This document shows positions 26,049-39,457 of a stretch of DNA of 64,000 nucleotides, in pieces. The stretch is taken from NCBI RefSeq assembly GCF_000485595.1, contig NW_014577073.1, positions 239,111-303,110 of the forward strand, given 5' to 3'. Positions within the stretch are counted from its first letter, which is position 1, and each line of letters begins with the position of its first letter. Both the position numbers and the translations under genes were made by a program. The stretch is from Priapulus caudatus (Eukaryota). Under the pieces are notes generated by a model. The model was not told where the DNA came from. It searched no databases and saw only the letters and a list, made by a program, of their open reading frames with translations.

Positions 26049-26216
26049 CAGTGAAAAAAATACACGGGGGCTCTGAGCGATTTAGCCCCCGAAATGCCAA
26101 AAAGAGCCCCCGTAAATTTGCATAGAGTTTAATGCAAACCAAATTTTAGAGTGCTATTTTCATGCACGCGAGCTTGAAAAGTAGCCCCCGAAAAATAAAT
26201 TATAATTTTTCCCCTG
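26049..26216. mobile_element. Small hAT-like MITE
   Basis: cagtgaaaaaaat ... aatttttcccctg termini, internal agcccccg repeats, imperfect 8-bp flanks gtgtgcgt/gcgtgcat. Confidence 0.5.
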
Positions 26217-26460
26217 GCGTGCATGTGTGTGTCTGTGTGTGTGCGTGCGTGCATGTGTGTGTGCGTTTTACATGCAGCATCAGATTCTTACCCAACATGG
26301 TTGCTCAGACGTGTACGATCTGTCTCTACGGTGGCAAGATGTACGTTCGTGTATTTTACGCACAGTGATTTGCGACCATGCAGCGCCTCGTCACAGAAAT
26401 TCACGATGCGATCATGCTCTTATCACTGCCTGATGTACGTTCGTGTGTTTTTCCGTTCAG

Positions 26461-26575
26461 CGATTCGCGGTTATCGGACCGGGAGGGCCGGACGGTTGTG
26501 CGTGCGGTGGACAGCGTCAACGCGCGCATCCAGAACTTTGACATCCTTCTGCAGTCTATCAAGAACTTCTACGAG
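26461..26575 (+). CDS. CCDC88: Girdin/Daple-like coding exon 3
   Basis: Acceptor gtttttccgttcag; (I)DSRLSDREGRTVVRAVDSVNARIQNFDILLQSIKNFYE compared with Daple/Girdin ..LRIQNL..L...IK.YYQ. Donor GAG|GTGAGT, phase 0. I could not find the next exon in the window. Confidence 0.92.
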
Positions 26576-29380
26576 GTGAGTGAGCTATTTCGTTCAGTCT
26601 GTGGCTGGAATCGACTACATAGTGGTTTGGCTGGTTGTCTGTTGGTTCCAATTCACGATTCATGTATGGATTTCGAATCAAGACATCGATACCCTCACAC
26701 GTTTACATTTGTGTTGATCATTTACTAGAAGTGAATGATTAGTTTGTTGTGAATAGTTGTTTTGCGATAATTTGATGACACGGTCAGTTCATTCGGAGAG
26801 AAATAAATGATGTGAAATTTACAATGTAAAATATTGGCTGAGTTGATTGAAAGTGGAAGGCTATGGTGAAACTGAAATCGGAGAAATCCAAATTGTGTCA
26901 TAGACTGCGGGTGTTAACCTGATATTTGCTAAAGCCTTGTTTACTGTTTTACTCGCGTTAAAAAATGAATTGGGCGAGTCGAGATCTCACATCATCCCCC
27001 CATTTGATTTCAATGTGTTTTTTGTTATATATACTGCGCAGCACCCCATCCCTTCCTAGCAAAACTATGTTTAGCCTTTCTGGACCTTCACCACAGACAG
27101 AGTGTGCAGGTGTATTGTACATCCGAAGGGTCATGTTTGCTTCAAACAAGGCAAGTCCTACTAGCGCATGCGAGGCATGCAGCTCGCCTATCCCCGCTGT
27201 GCCACTGACGCATCAGCATTGAATGTCTAACCCTGTTCACTGCTTCTGAACAAAAGCCACAAAGTGCAAAGCCGAGCCATCTCTCTCTGTACAGATCTGA
27301 TGTGATTCGCGATGAGCAGCGATTGTTTGTTTACGCTCGATGAACGATATATTCACGGTTCATAATATTTATTGTGATGTTGCGATGTATCATTCTAAAA
27401 TCCTATCCTAGAATCGGATAGGATCAGTGAGTCGGTGAAGAAAGGTTGAATGACATTCAACTAGCTGTGTTTTGCCCCCAGGCATGGAAACAGATACCTT
27501 CCTCTCATAACTTGATACGTCTTGCTATCTTGGTATAATTTCTACGCGTATACGACTAGTGCATCTAACCAGCATTATCACTGTAAGGTGGCTTATCTGT
27601 GTTTCTGTAGGTAGGGTACTCTCTACTCTGTAATCATATCCTAGTCCTACAAGTAGGAGCTTCTGGGCATACACACATACAGGCACACACGCTCACGTAC
27701 GCATGCACGCACACGTGAGTTCTAATCTTTCACTCGTGCTACTCTCCCACAGAGTTGCCTTTACACTTACAGGCTTGTGTTTGTCAGCGTGTCACGTTAG
27801 ACTCGTGTGGCATAGATTGTGAAGCGTAGATCAGTATTCAGTGCGACTGACAGACTGACAGTACAACAACTGATCCCTTTCATTTCTTGGAGATTCTTGA
27901 CATTCTAGGCCAGAGATGAAAAGTAGTTTTAACGCGGTTGGATTTAGGATGTTAGGAAGAAAATTATAGATGCGATGTTTGGTTTCTCATTGGTTTTCAT
28001 GTGGCCTAGATATCTGTAACGTTTTATAAATGGCTGGTCTCTTCTAAGGAAACTGTGGGTTGCTGGTTGGCCATGTGGTCACCCTCGTAGGAATAGCTCC
28101 AAATATCTTTTAACCACTGTATGCTATGTCTGACAATTTTTCTGCGAATTTCTCTTAGAATGAATGTTGTAAATCACATCAACAAGGGATCTGCACGCGA
28201 CTTAGGTTATCTGCACAGGTATTTATTTTTAGGACGAAAAACCGTTTGGCAGGTGGTGGTAAGCTCAGTAAAGTGAAACTCTAGTGTGTTGACCTCACAC
28301 TAACCTTGCCCTACGCGAGCAGAAGTGTATTTTATCATGCTCCACCGTGTCCACGTCTTCTGCTGACAACAAAGAGAACACACTTGCGAAACTTGTGTCT
28401 TTCGTTGCAAGTGTGGGCGAACGCGGTTTGCGACGGCTAGCCCCGCGCCGGTGTAAATGGTGCACTAGCTGTTGAACCACAGTCAGAGCATGACCGACGA
28501 GTTTTAAACGCCACTGCAATCCGACGACTCATGCTGAACTCGCCTTAGTTATATACCTGGCTGGGGCTTTTCAGCGGTGTCGGATTCTCGAAGACAAGTG
28601 GGAGGGGAGCGGGTGCGGAACGCCCCATAATTAATCGCTTTTTGAGCGTAGGTGTTCGCGCAGAGCGTTTTACGTTAATTGGGCAGTCATCCACCGATGC
28701 AGTGTGCTTCCGATCTGATCTACATCTTTCTCGCGGGCGTAATCTTCTTAGGATTTGTATGCAGTTGTCGGTTTTCGCGAAGCAACCGGCAACTGCTTTC
28801 TCAATGAAACAAATGAACTCGTCAACTTTTGTTATGTGCGCGAGGTTTAGCCGCGCCAGTTTAGTCGGCGGGTGTTAGCGTGAACAGTATAGAATGTGCA
28901 GATTCATAGTGATAGCGCAAGGCCTCAGAATGATTGCGATGTATGTTATTCAACGTTACTGCGTGTGCTACAGTGCTGGGCTTATTTTCGCTGACAAATG
29001 AGCAAACATTTCATGCGATATAATCTGCCGCAACTCTGCTATTTGCAAAGGGAAGCTTAATTCCTCGGTAATCCATCACAAAGTTACCTCTATCTTCAAT
29101 GTTTGGGTCGAGATGACCTTAAGTTGGCACATTGGAGGGGTAAAGGTGGAAGAGGAAGAGGAAGAAGAAGATAAGCAAAGGGGTGGAGGAGGGGGAGGAG
29201 AAGGAGAAGGAGGAGGATGAGAAGTACGACGAACAGGTTGTTGGAGTGCCTTTGTCTCTAGGATCATCAGTAAATCATTGCGCGTGGTCCTGGGTAGCTA
29301 CTAGCTATACGTACACGCGTGCGCAGCAACACAGAGCTACGACCGCGTGGGCGTTACTCGCACACGGCTTGTTATTTTAA

Positions 29381-29723
29381 AGGCGGGCTTGTGAGCCGAC
29401 TCGACTGGAAGGAAGCAACTGGATTTCGAGCAACTGGAAGCGATCGGCAGCGACTAGTTGCGTCGAGTTGCCCACTGTTCTATTCCGAGCAACTATAGTG
29501 GCGGCCATTCGCAGGCAGTCGCGTCGCAGTCGACCGACCTAGAGTACCTACATAAAGATCTTAATATCTACCAAGATCTTAAGATCTTGATATCTACCTG
29601 GATCTTAAGATCTACCATATAACATCTTTATGTAGGTACTCTAGACCGACCTAAGCACTGCAGTCGCAGTGAATTGCAGCCAGTAATTGCTACCAGTCGA
29701 GTCGATCGGCTCGCAAGTCCGAC
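29381..29723. mobile_element. TIR MITE (Harbinger-like ends) with a nested insertion
   Basis: aggcgggcttgtgagccgactcgactgg ... ccagtcgagtcgatcggctcgcaagtccgac imperfect TIRs. Confidence 0.55.
29540..29643. mobile_element. 104-bp foldback mini-element with perfect 8-bp TSD (hAT- or P-type)
   Basis: GACCGACC|tagagtacctacataaagat ... atctttatgtaggtactcta|GACCGACC. Confidence 0.8.
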
Positions 29724-30562
29724 ATATACACTGCCCGTCCCCATGAATCGGTGTGTGCGTACTACACGCGCCGGCATATACCACGAGACGCCGTAGTGTT
29801 TGTCGTAGTCACTTACGACACCATAAATCTTTACTAGGAGAATCGTATTGTGAATGCACATGTCAGTGAACTGTCCAGCAATTAGGACACAAAATGCGGC
29901 AATCTTATTCCTCTTACAGGAAGCAAATTAAAGTGGAAAAAACTCCAACAGTAGGCCTACAGTAGTATGCGGTTTTTTTTAACCCACATATTTTGAACTT
30001 TGGTTGAGATAATTGGTCATAAATAAGGGAAATAATTTATAGCACTTTACCAGTCTTGCTGAATAGTACGGGTTAGAATGCGATGATTATTATCAAATAT
30101 TTACAGAAAAGAGTGAATTTTACACACCCATGCACTTTTCGTGATTGCTGTTTTTTAGTTAGTTGATTTCGTTTTGATTGTTTGATATAGCATTATATCA
30201 AACTTCAAAGTATAGGATGATCGTAAGCCTAAAAGAACTCGGTAATTTTTTTAATTAAGGGTTTACAGACAATTACCCGACCGTTCTAATATTTTCCCGA
30301 CCGGTGCAATATTTACTGGTATTGTTTGCGTAACAGCACGTGTCTGCAGTAAGGCTGATATGTCGCAGGACAGTCGTACATCGTTTCACCAACATTCATT
30401 ACTTTACTTTCACTTTACCATTACTTTCACCAATTACTTTCAACATTACTTGTGACAACATATACGCAGCGATCGAAAGTTCTTTGTTGATGTCTTGTTG
30501 TTGGTCGCATGTTGAGGTCACTTGTTTCTCGCGAGACTGGCTCTACACTTTTCTAATGGTAA

Positions 30563-30821
30563 TTATACCTCCGCACAACGGAGTTGCAGGGAGGTAATGT
30601 AATCGCTCTCGTATGTGTGTTCGTGTGTGTGTTCGTGTGTGTGTGTAGCCAGCAGCGAGCCAGCTGTTATACACACGCTCAACCGATCGATCGATTCAGC
30701 ACCAGCTCGCCTTAGGGCGTTCAGTCAGCAGCAGCCAGCAGCGAGCCAGCTGTTATACACATGTATACATGTTACATGCTCGCGGAGGTATGCACTCTTT
30801 TTGAGTGCCCTCTGTCTAGTT
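30563..30821 (+). mobile_element. HINE/DINE-1-like element, copy C
   Basis: acctccgc ... gcggaggt subterminal inverted repeats, GT microsatellite, 3' stem gcactc-tttt-gagtgc, ends ctgtctagtt. Confidence 0.75.
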
Positions 30822-31441
30822 TGCATTAAATATGGTACCAGCCTAGAACCACTTGCGTCGCAGAATCATACGCAGTTCTGTCAAAATTAGATACAGCTGC
30901 GTCTATGGCACTATTTACGAAAAACTTGTGGTGACATTGGACAATGTAGCTGCGTTATTTGCCATTTTATTTACCATAACAGCATAAATCCTTCGTAATC
31001 TTTAGGGTTAAGTAATAAGTGGCATATCTGCTAGTAATTGTGACTATGTTTCATTATATGTTTTTAGTTGCATTTGAGAGATGATTCTTTTACAACGTTG
31101 CAGAACGGAATCGCATGTTGTGCCAGCTTGCAAGGTCAACTTCTGCGGGTTGTATATAGTATTAACTCGTTGTGACTTGTGTACGTCTAGAATCGAATAA
31201 TAGCGAGTTCCCGCACCCTAGTTCTACGCTCCGAATTGTTGCTAGCTAACTTTTTGCAGGCATCTCTAGGGCTTAGCTGTGACGGGAGATGGTTGAAGGC
31301 CGGTGTTTGGCGCCTGTGGGGGTTCCCCCCCCCGGGCTGAAAGACGACATTCACGTCTTTAAACGCGCACTTTTATTGGCGGGTCGAAACGGTTGTGCCT
31401 GGGACGTGCCCCACTCGCGACCCGTTTGGGTCGCGAAACCT

Positions 31442-31474
<33 letters not shown>

Positions 31475-32910
31475 TAGCTTCAGGGTACGATGAGTACACT
31501 ATTACCCGTCCTCCAGACGGGTTTGAGTGGAGTATGATTTGAGGATGGCGGTTTAACCATTTATCTCTCATTTTTATTTGAGGATGCATTTACAGTAAAC
31601 AAAAAATACTGATATTTAGACTCGAGTCATATATCAATATTTGTTTAAAAAAATTGGTATCTAAATATATATAAAATCTGACATTTTACCTTAAAATGAC
31701 ATTGGTGATTTCATAGTACAATTTCACTTATTTAGATATTATTTTTGAAAATATCATTCTGGTTAGAAGCCTCAATAAAAAGTCAAATTCTAAAAAAAAA
31801 TGTATTGAGTAGTTTTGAAGATATATTTTCTTGAAAGTCAGTGGACGGCGGCGGGCACGGTTACACCTCCCGTTGATGTGCTAAATATTTGCACACACGC
31901 GCGCAACACCACACATCACGATCACACACAGCACGCCCGCGCAGCGCCCGCGAAGCGCACGCAACGAACACCGTGAGGGCCCACGCCGGCCCCGCAATTC
32001 ACGAGGTCCGACCGATACGGGCATGCGCACGAGCGCACAGTGACTCACACTCGCGCAATGTCCACGCACGAATGCACACATACTCCCCCATTTACACACA
32101 GACGGCGCGCGCGACTACAGCCGCGACTCGAGGCACGCGCACGCGTTCGCGCACGCCTACGCACACGCACACACGCGCGTAGCGCGCACAGCCACAAGGG
32201 CGGCAGCGAGGGTTCATACACCACAGAATACATCCACATACACCAACACATACAACTGCAGGATTGCCGTCTCTCGTTGGGGTTTTTGTCTTAATTGTTC
32301 GCGTCGGCGCAAGCTGTGCGACGGCAGTAGATTGGTTGTTTTATATACACCGCAGCCGCATATGCTTTTGGTGTGGATGCGCGTGTGTGCGCGTGCGGTG
32401 GGCGCGCGTGCGTGCCGTAGCGTGTGTTTCAGTGGTGGGGCTTTGGCTATGCTAGGTGAAGACCCGCGCAGGACATAAATTAGATGGCTTTATTATTATA
32501 CACTTTAATGGCTATATTTAGTATAGCTATATTATGCAATTAAAACCGTGAGAAAAACAGCATTCGAATCCATTAACAGCAATTTCAAAAGGTTTATGGT
32601 TATATAACGTGTGGAATGTGTGTGCGCCTCTGTTAGACAATCGCAAACGGCGTGCTAAAATGTGCAGAGCATTGGGGAAGCCGCGGGTTAAGCGGCCGTG
32701 CACGGTTACACCTCCCGTTGTCAAATATTTGGGCACAGCAGCCGCGCGCACGGCACGACACACACCGTAATCACGATACTACAGTACGGGCGACTGCGCA
32801 CGCACAATCACAGGCCCAACGCGCACGGGCTCACGCACACACAATAACTGCACATTTACAGCAACACCACGGGCGCGCAACACGACATACACGGCACACA
32901 NNNNNNNNNN

Positions 32911-32942
<32 letters not shown>

Positions 32943-34091
32943 CACACACACACACACACACATACACACAACTGCAGCCGTCTCTCGTTGGGGTTTGTCT
33001 TAAATTTTCTTAAATTCTCATTAAATGGTTGGGGGATTCGTTTAGATAGATTACACAATTTACATGCGTAGTTCTTAGTTTCTCTGAGAATTCACTTAGA
33101 ATCTGAGTTAGTAGCATGATTTTAGACTCCAAGCTCTAATTAAACAACAAAATTTTAACATCGTGCGGAAAATGCATGATTTTTTCCGGCATCCGAAAAG
33201 CTCACGCAAATGCCGCTGGAGAAACAGATCACGTTGTGCGAACGCGCTGCTCGGCAATTTACGGCCTGCCATTGTTGTCACCCCGAGGCATGCATTGTTG
33301 AGCTAGCGTGCGAGTTTTCACAGGCCCGTGTGAGCGCTCTCCTTCCTTCTAGCGAGCTGTACGCACTTTTTTAAGGGGGTGTTTTAAAGCGGCGAATTCC
33401 GACGTGGCAGTCGCACAAGTTGTGCAGAGCGGGGAGAACCGGTTTGCGTGCGAAGAGAGTAGTTCCTGCGATAACGCCAGCGCGCGGGGGTCATTCTTCC
33501 TTCCTCCAATTTTACGTTGTGTGCGATTCCCGGTGTTTATAGTGTAAGCACGCGGACAGAGAGCTAAACGCACGCACGATCGACGGCGGTGTGATGCCGA
33601 AGATGACGTGCCTTTTTGCGAGCGTTTTTTTTTTGTCGCGGCGATTTCGAATCGTAATTTGCCTCATTTTCGCGCAGACGTCGTGAGTGCGTGCCAATCG
33701 TGGTATGGTGCGTGACACGCACACAGAGCGCGGCATTGTATCGATGCGCACCTGTTATGTGGGTGGAAAGTCTGAGCAGTGCGTTTACTGCTTCATTATA
33801 GGAACCAAACGCTTCTTGACGGCCAGTCAAAACAATCGGCAGGCGAAGCTGTAGGTAATCGCTCGCATATACGTAGCAGCGAAGATGCGTCGATGATGAG
33901 TGTTTGTTTAGAGCAATAGCTGCCGATTACCCAGACGATACGCGCGTGTATACTAGCAGCGATAACCTAAACAAATATTCTGTTCAGTTCAGTTCGCAGT
34001 GGAACTCCTCTTGCATCATCAATCAGCTAGTTATATGCGTACGCAATGCAACACACGCACGCACATACTTGCGCTGTGCCTTGTGTATAAT

Positions 34092-34185
34092 CAGGAGTAG
34101 ATAATAGGGTCTTCCCTATTAGACCTAGAACCTATTCCTAGAACCTATTCCCTAGAATATAGGTCTTCCCTATTATCTACTCCTG
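34092..34185. mobile_element. Micro foldback element with 7-bp TSD (P/Galileo-like), copy 1
   Basis: GTATAAT|caggagtagataataggg ... ccctattatctactcctg|GTATAAT. Confidence 0.75.
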
Positions 34186-35940
34186 GTATAATGCACCTGT
34201 CTGGCGCGCAGCAAATGTAGTGCAGGAATTTAGAATAAGGTAGCTAGCGTTCACGAGCATTTAATAGCGCAGAATATGCGCATTGATAAGTGTGTCACGC
34301 ACGACACATCGTAGCTTTCACTCGACGGGACATCGAGACAGACGAACATCACCATAGCGTGCACTGTATGTGTTACGACTTGGAGCGCCGTTTAACAAAT
34401 GAAGTCGACATTTCAAAGTCCACCCCCGATAATATTTATGTCGCCGAGCGTGCGCGACATGCAGGGGTGATCCGTAAAAGCGGTTGACGACAAAAATATT
34501 ACAGTTCCGGTTGTTAGGCCCATGTATGGGATCGGCAGTCGTTATCAGGCTGTCTGTCAGTCGTTATGTGGATACAACTACTCGCAGCTATTTACCACCG
34601 TAAAGTTACTGCCAGTAGGATATACGAGGCGCTCCTTTTTTTTTGATCATTTGAGTGCAAAAAGGTTGTTAAAAAGTTGATCAAATAATTATTATAAACT
34701 TTTTATAAACAAATTTTTTATGAATAGATGAGATGCCGCTTGGTTACGCGGATGCTTGGCTGTAGCAGCGAGTGCAGAAGAAATGAAGCCCTCTAATAGT
34801 ATCCCGGAGTCTTCCTTATTATACGCGATGTCCCGTGCGCGTGCGGCTCTATTCGTACGTTCACCGTCCGCGCGTGCACGCGGCGCGTAACGTGAGCATT
34901 TATCCATCAAATACTCTCTTGTTTTCTGCCCTTGAATAGGCCACCTGTGCTTGTCGTGGTAATGGCACGACGGGCAGGTTCGTTACAGGTAGATAGGTAG
35001 ATTGATGGCGGACGCTCGTGCGAAAGGGCAAGCAACCCGCGCAACGCTTCGTAATTATATCTTTGATGCTGTCAGGTTAACAGACGACACGACCCGAACC
35101 CGCTAATGGTCGAGATGACGATCACGAGTCGCAGACGAACACTCGCGGGTATTGTGCTGGCGTCTGCTCGCCGTGTTTCTATTGCGGAACAATTCGGTGA
35201 TCGCCGCTTGCTTTATAGAGTACTAATTTAATGACGCTAATCACGAGATACAACGTGTATAGTGTGGCGATTCTGTCGCGTATGTTGTGTGGGGGCGCAG
35301 AATGCTGTGTTTATACTCAGAGTTGTTGATCGTTGTGAGCCCCCTATAACGGTACAAGCGTCAAACAGCATTTCACAGGCTGCTTTGTTGTACCTTACTT
35401 TATGATTGATATACTATAAGTAGCTTCCCTCGGCTTGTGGTTCGTTGCGGTGAGGGTGTCCAGCTTTAGATTTTTAGTTGTTTTTTTCTAGTTGTATTGC
35501 TGTAAAAATCGGGTGTTATGTTTCTGCAAGTAGCAGTTGTGCGAGCAATTGTCCTATTTCCTAGCTAGAACCATATTGCTAGGTCATTGATTATAAAGAA
35601 ATACTCAAAGTCAATACAATAGTGAAACATGCAGCGCTCGCAGAACATATATGTGTCGTATCGGAATTATACTGTAAGCAATAAATTATTCGGGTGGAAT
35701 GTTTTTCTGGTGGTTTAATAGGTGGGCTGTTTGCTTGTAACCGGTGCCTACAGGCATGTAGGTCTTACAGAGAGAGTGAGAACGTACTTCTCTACTTCAC
35801 CGTAGTTGTATCTTTTATGGGCACATTTGTCTGGCATTTATTCCACGGTGTAAATGGGTTTGCGAACCCTTTGAACGGGTTGCGAAGGAACTTGTTTGAG
35901 AGAGAGAAAGAAAGAAAGAAAGAAAGAAAGAGAGTGAGAA

Positions 35941-35976
<36 letters not shown>

Positions 35977-36080
35977 CAGTCTTCGACGTTAGGCGGTGGA
36001 CCGTGGACCGAGACCACCAAAATCTCTCTCGGTCCAGTAAATTTAACAAGTTAAATGGACCGTCGGTCCACCCGTTTTTT

Positions 36081-36854
36081 NNNNNNNNNNNNNNNNNNNN
36101 NNNNNNNNNNNNNNNNNNNNNNNNNNNNNNNNNNNNNNNNNNNNNNNNNNNNNNNNNNNNNNNNNNNNNNNNNNNNNNNNNNNNNNNNNNNNNNNNNNNN
36201 NNNNNNNNNNNNNNNNNNNNNNNNNNNNNNNNNNNNNNNNNNNNNNNNNNNNNNNNNNNNNNNNNNNNNNNNNNNNNNNNNNNNNNNNNNNNNNNNNNNN
36301 NNNNNNNNNNNNNNNNNNNNNNNNNNNNNNNNNNNNNNNNNNNNNNNNNNNNNNNNNNNNNNNNNNNNNNNNNNNNNNNNNNNNNNNNNNNNNNNNNNNN
36401 NNNNNNNNNNNNNNNNNNNNNNNNNNNNNNNNNNNNNNNNNNNNNNNNNNNNNNNNNNNNNNNNNNNNNNNNNNNNNNNNNNNNNNNNNNNNNNNNNNNN
36501 NNNNNNNNNNNNNNNNNNNNNNNNNNNNNNNNNNNNNNNNNNNNNNNNNNNNNNNNNNNNNNNNNNNNNNNNNNNNNNNNNNNNNNNNNNNNNNNNNNNN
36601 NNNNNNNNNNNNNNNNNNNNNNNNNNNNNNNNNNNNNNNNNNNNNNNNNNNNNNNNNNNNNNNNNNNNNNNNNNNNNNNNNNNNNNNNNNNNNNNNNNNN
36701 NNNNNNNNNNNNNNNNNNNNNNNNNNNNNNNNNNNNNNNNNNNNNNNNNNNNNNNNNNNNNNNNNNNNNNNNNNNNNNNNNNNNNNNNNNNNNNNNNNNN
36801 NNNNNNNNNNNNNNNNNNNNNNNNNNNNNNNNNNNNNNNNNNNNNNNNNNNNNN
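36081..36854. other. Largest assembly gap (others: 4821-4845, 10830-11086, 20175-20184, 32901-32910, 46520-46529)
   Basis: Runs of N. Confidence 0.99.
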
Positions 36855-36903
<49 letters not shown>

Positions 36904-39279
36904 AGCCTGTTAGGTACGCTATACAGTGCTGCACGTAGGGTCGCGTAAGGGGAGGTTGAGAAATCCCGTGCGATGGCGCGTTTGCTGTATATTTGGAATT
37001 AACGAGTATTTTGAGTATTTATAACGTGGTAGCGCGTGGTTTCTAGTAAGTATATGATAAGGAGTATCGACATCGGCATCATCTTCTCCTAAAGGAAGGG
37101 ATGTGATTGCAGTCCATTACTCTGGATCGCCATGTTTTTATATCCGTCGCAAAATTGGAAGTTCATGTACTTACTGTTGCTTTCACGTCAACTTGCCTAT
37201 TATTTGAGCCTTTGAGCACTTGCCTTCATAAGTGCCGGTATGGTTACGCAATCAAAATGGAATCATTAGAATTTGAAGGCGTGGCATTAGAGAAGACGTT
37301 CGATCATTTCCTGTTCGTAGCTAATGTAGCTAATGTAGGAAACGCGCGGACTATTTCATTTGTTTTTGAAGAGGATAAGCGAAAGACGCGAACATCCAAT
37401 ATTGCGTGGAAATAACATCATTTTGCTCTCAATGCAATGCATTTATTTCTACGAGGGGAAACTGATAGAAGCGATTGATCGAACATCGACCACAGTAGAG
37501 GATATGATTTCTTTAACTGTCGTATAAATGCTGTTATTACTGTTATATGCAATTTCTGCAAAATTCGCAGAGCATGAATATAAATCAGAGGAAGATAGAT
37601 TCAATGCAAATGAGTAGATTCTCAAATAATAGTTAGGATAATGGCAGCCGGGGTTCTCTTGCGTGCCTAGCTAAATCAAATCAAACATGCAACGCAAACA
37701 CGTTCAGTCATAAATGACTGCGTCTCCGGGCAAAGTCGTGCACTGCAGCATTCAAACATGCTTCGTTCGGCGAAGACGTTGCAGGGATTTGAATAATCTT
37801 ATGTTCTGGCGTCACCGTGCGTGGGATGCTTCGAGCTTACTCACCTGCCGTGCGCGGGTTTGGTCCGCACTATCCGTGTAGCCCTTTAATTCGCTCCCGG
37901 TGCATGGTAACGGGAGCGAAGGGTTAATACGCGGGTAGAGAGAGCTAGGTACAAACTGCATTTACACTGGGCTTTGTTAGCAACGGAAAAATACTGGAAT
38001 TAGCGTAAACGCCCGTTCCAACAGTGACCAGTAGTAAATACCGAGTAATCATTGCCGCTGTGAGAAGAGATAGCGTTTGAGCATTACTGTGAACTTTGCG
38101 GGCAACCCGTCCCTGCAAAGGTAGACCTCTATATACTAGAGATCTGCACAAGATCATACAGCGGCAGCAATGTATAGAGCTTATACAATGAGCCTATATA
38201 AAAGTTCACTCTTTATTTCTAGTGATTCAGAAATTTTCCGACTTAACCTGCGCTGATAAAATCAATTAATATGATAATATGAGAAAAACAATAATTATAC
38301 TCGCGACATTTCACTCTTTCGGAGCTATACTATTTTTTAGTGCTGATCTCGAATTTTAGAGTGAGATTTTCACGCTAGCGTGTAGCGATGATGGGCATAT
38401 ACAAAACTACCACCCACGAAACGTCGCGTTTTACATCTGGTATGACCTTCGTTTGCATAAAGGAGCCGACGATGGCTGTTCGATGATAATAGACATGCGC
38501 CTCACGGCAGCTGCGTGACGTCGCTGCAAAACCGGTGTGATTAGTGGACTGAAGTTGCTAGCTAGTTATCGCAGGTTATTGCATATATACGCTGCAGACA
38601 GCTAAGATGTCGGGTAACTTCAACATTATTAAAAACTAATATGGTCTCGTCTCAGCTCCCGGTGGTGGCCCACATGCATTGTGTATGTGTGTGCGTGCGT
38701 GTGCGTGCATGCATGCGTGTGTGTGCGTGCGTGCGTGCGTAGAAGATGTAGCTGATGTCAGATGTGGTGTAGTACAATGTCAAGTATGTGTACCCGAGTA
38801 TGTGGGGCAGTGTCTGACATTTAGTACTAGTTAATTCAGCATTTGATTTTTTGCAATATTTTTTGCAAGTTTGCCCTCCGTATTTTCGTACGCGTAAACA
38901 ACGCGTGCTCGCTGCGACGCTGCAAGTCATGAATGGAGCTTTGTAAACAGTTGGTGCGGCATCTGCGTCGTCGACACTCGCGTCATTATCCGTGAACACC
39001 TATCGAGACGGCGGCCGACCAGCCGACATTGCTGTTAGAAGTCATTTGTCATCGTTACATGGCCAGCGCCTCAACTTTAAGCCCACTGCTCTACATCACC
39101 TCTCAGTGCGTGCGCGTGTGTTTTCGTATACATGCATGTGTGTATGTGTGTGTGTGCGTGCGTGTGCGTGCGTGTGCTTTCTCAACGATTGCGACTACCG
39201 TAGAACAGGTTTTATGGGACTCTAAAAATGCTATCGAAATGTTTTCGCGGCGTGAAATGCCACCCAGCCGGTACGTGCA

Positions 39280-39457
<178 letters not shown>

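Noticed and set aside
31845..33010. Two similar segments beginning gcacggttacacctcccgttg
   Set aside because: Indel-rich near-duplicates adjacent to a gap; most likely redundant noisy reads.
35694..36948. ORFs of 297-414 aa
   Set aside because: Mostly N-gap translated as X.
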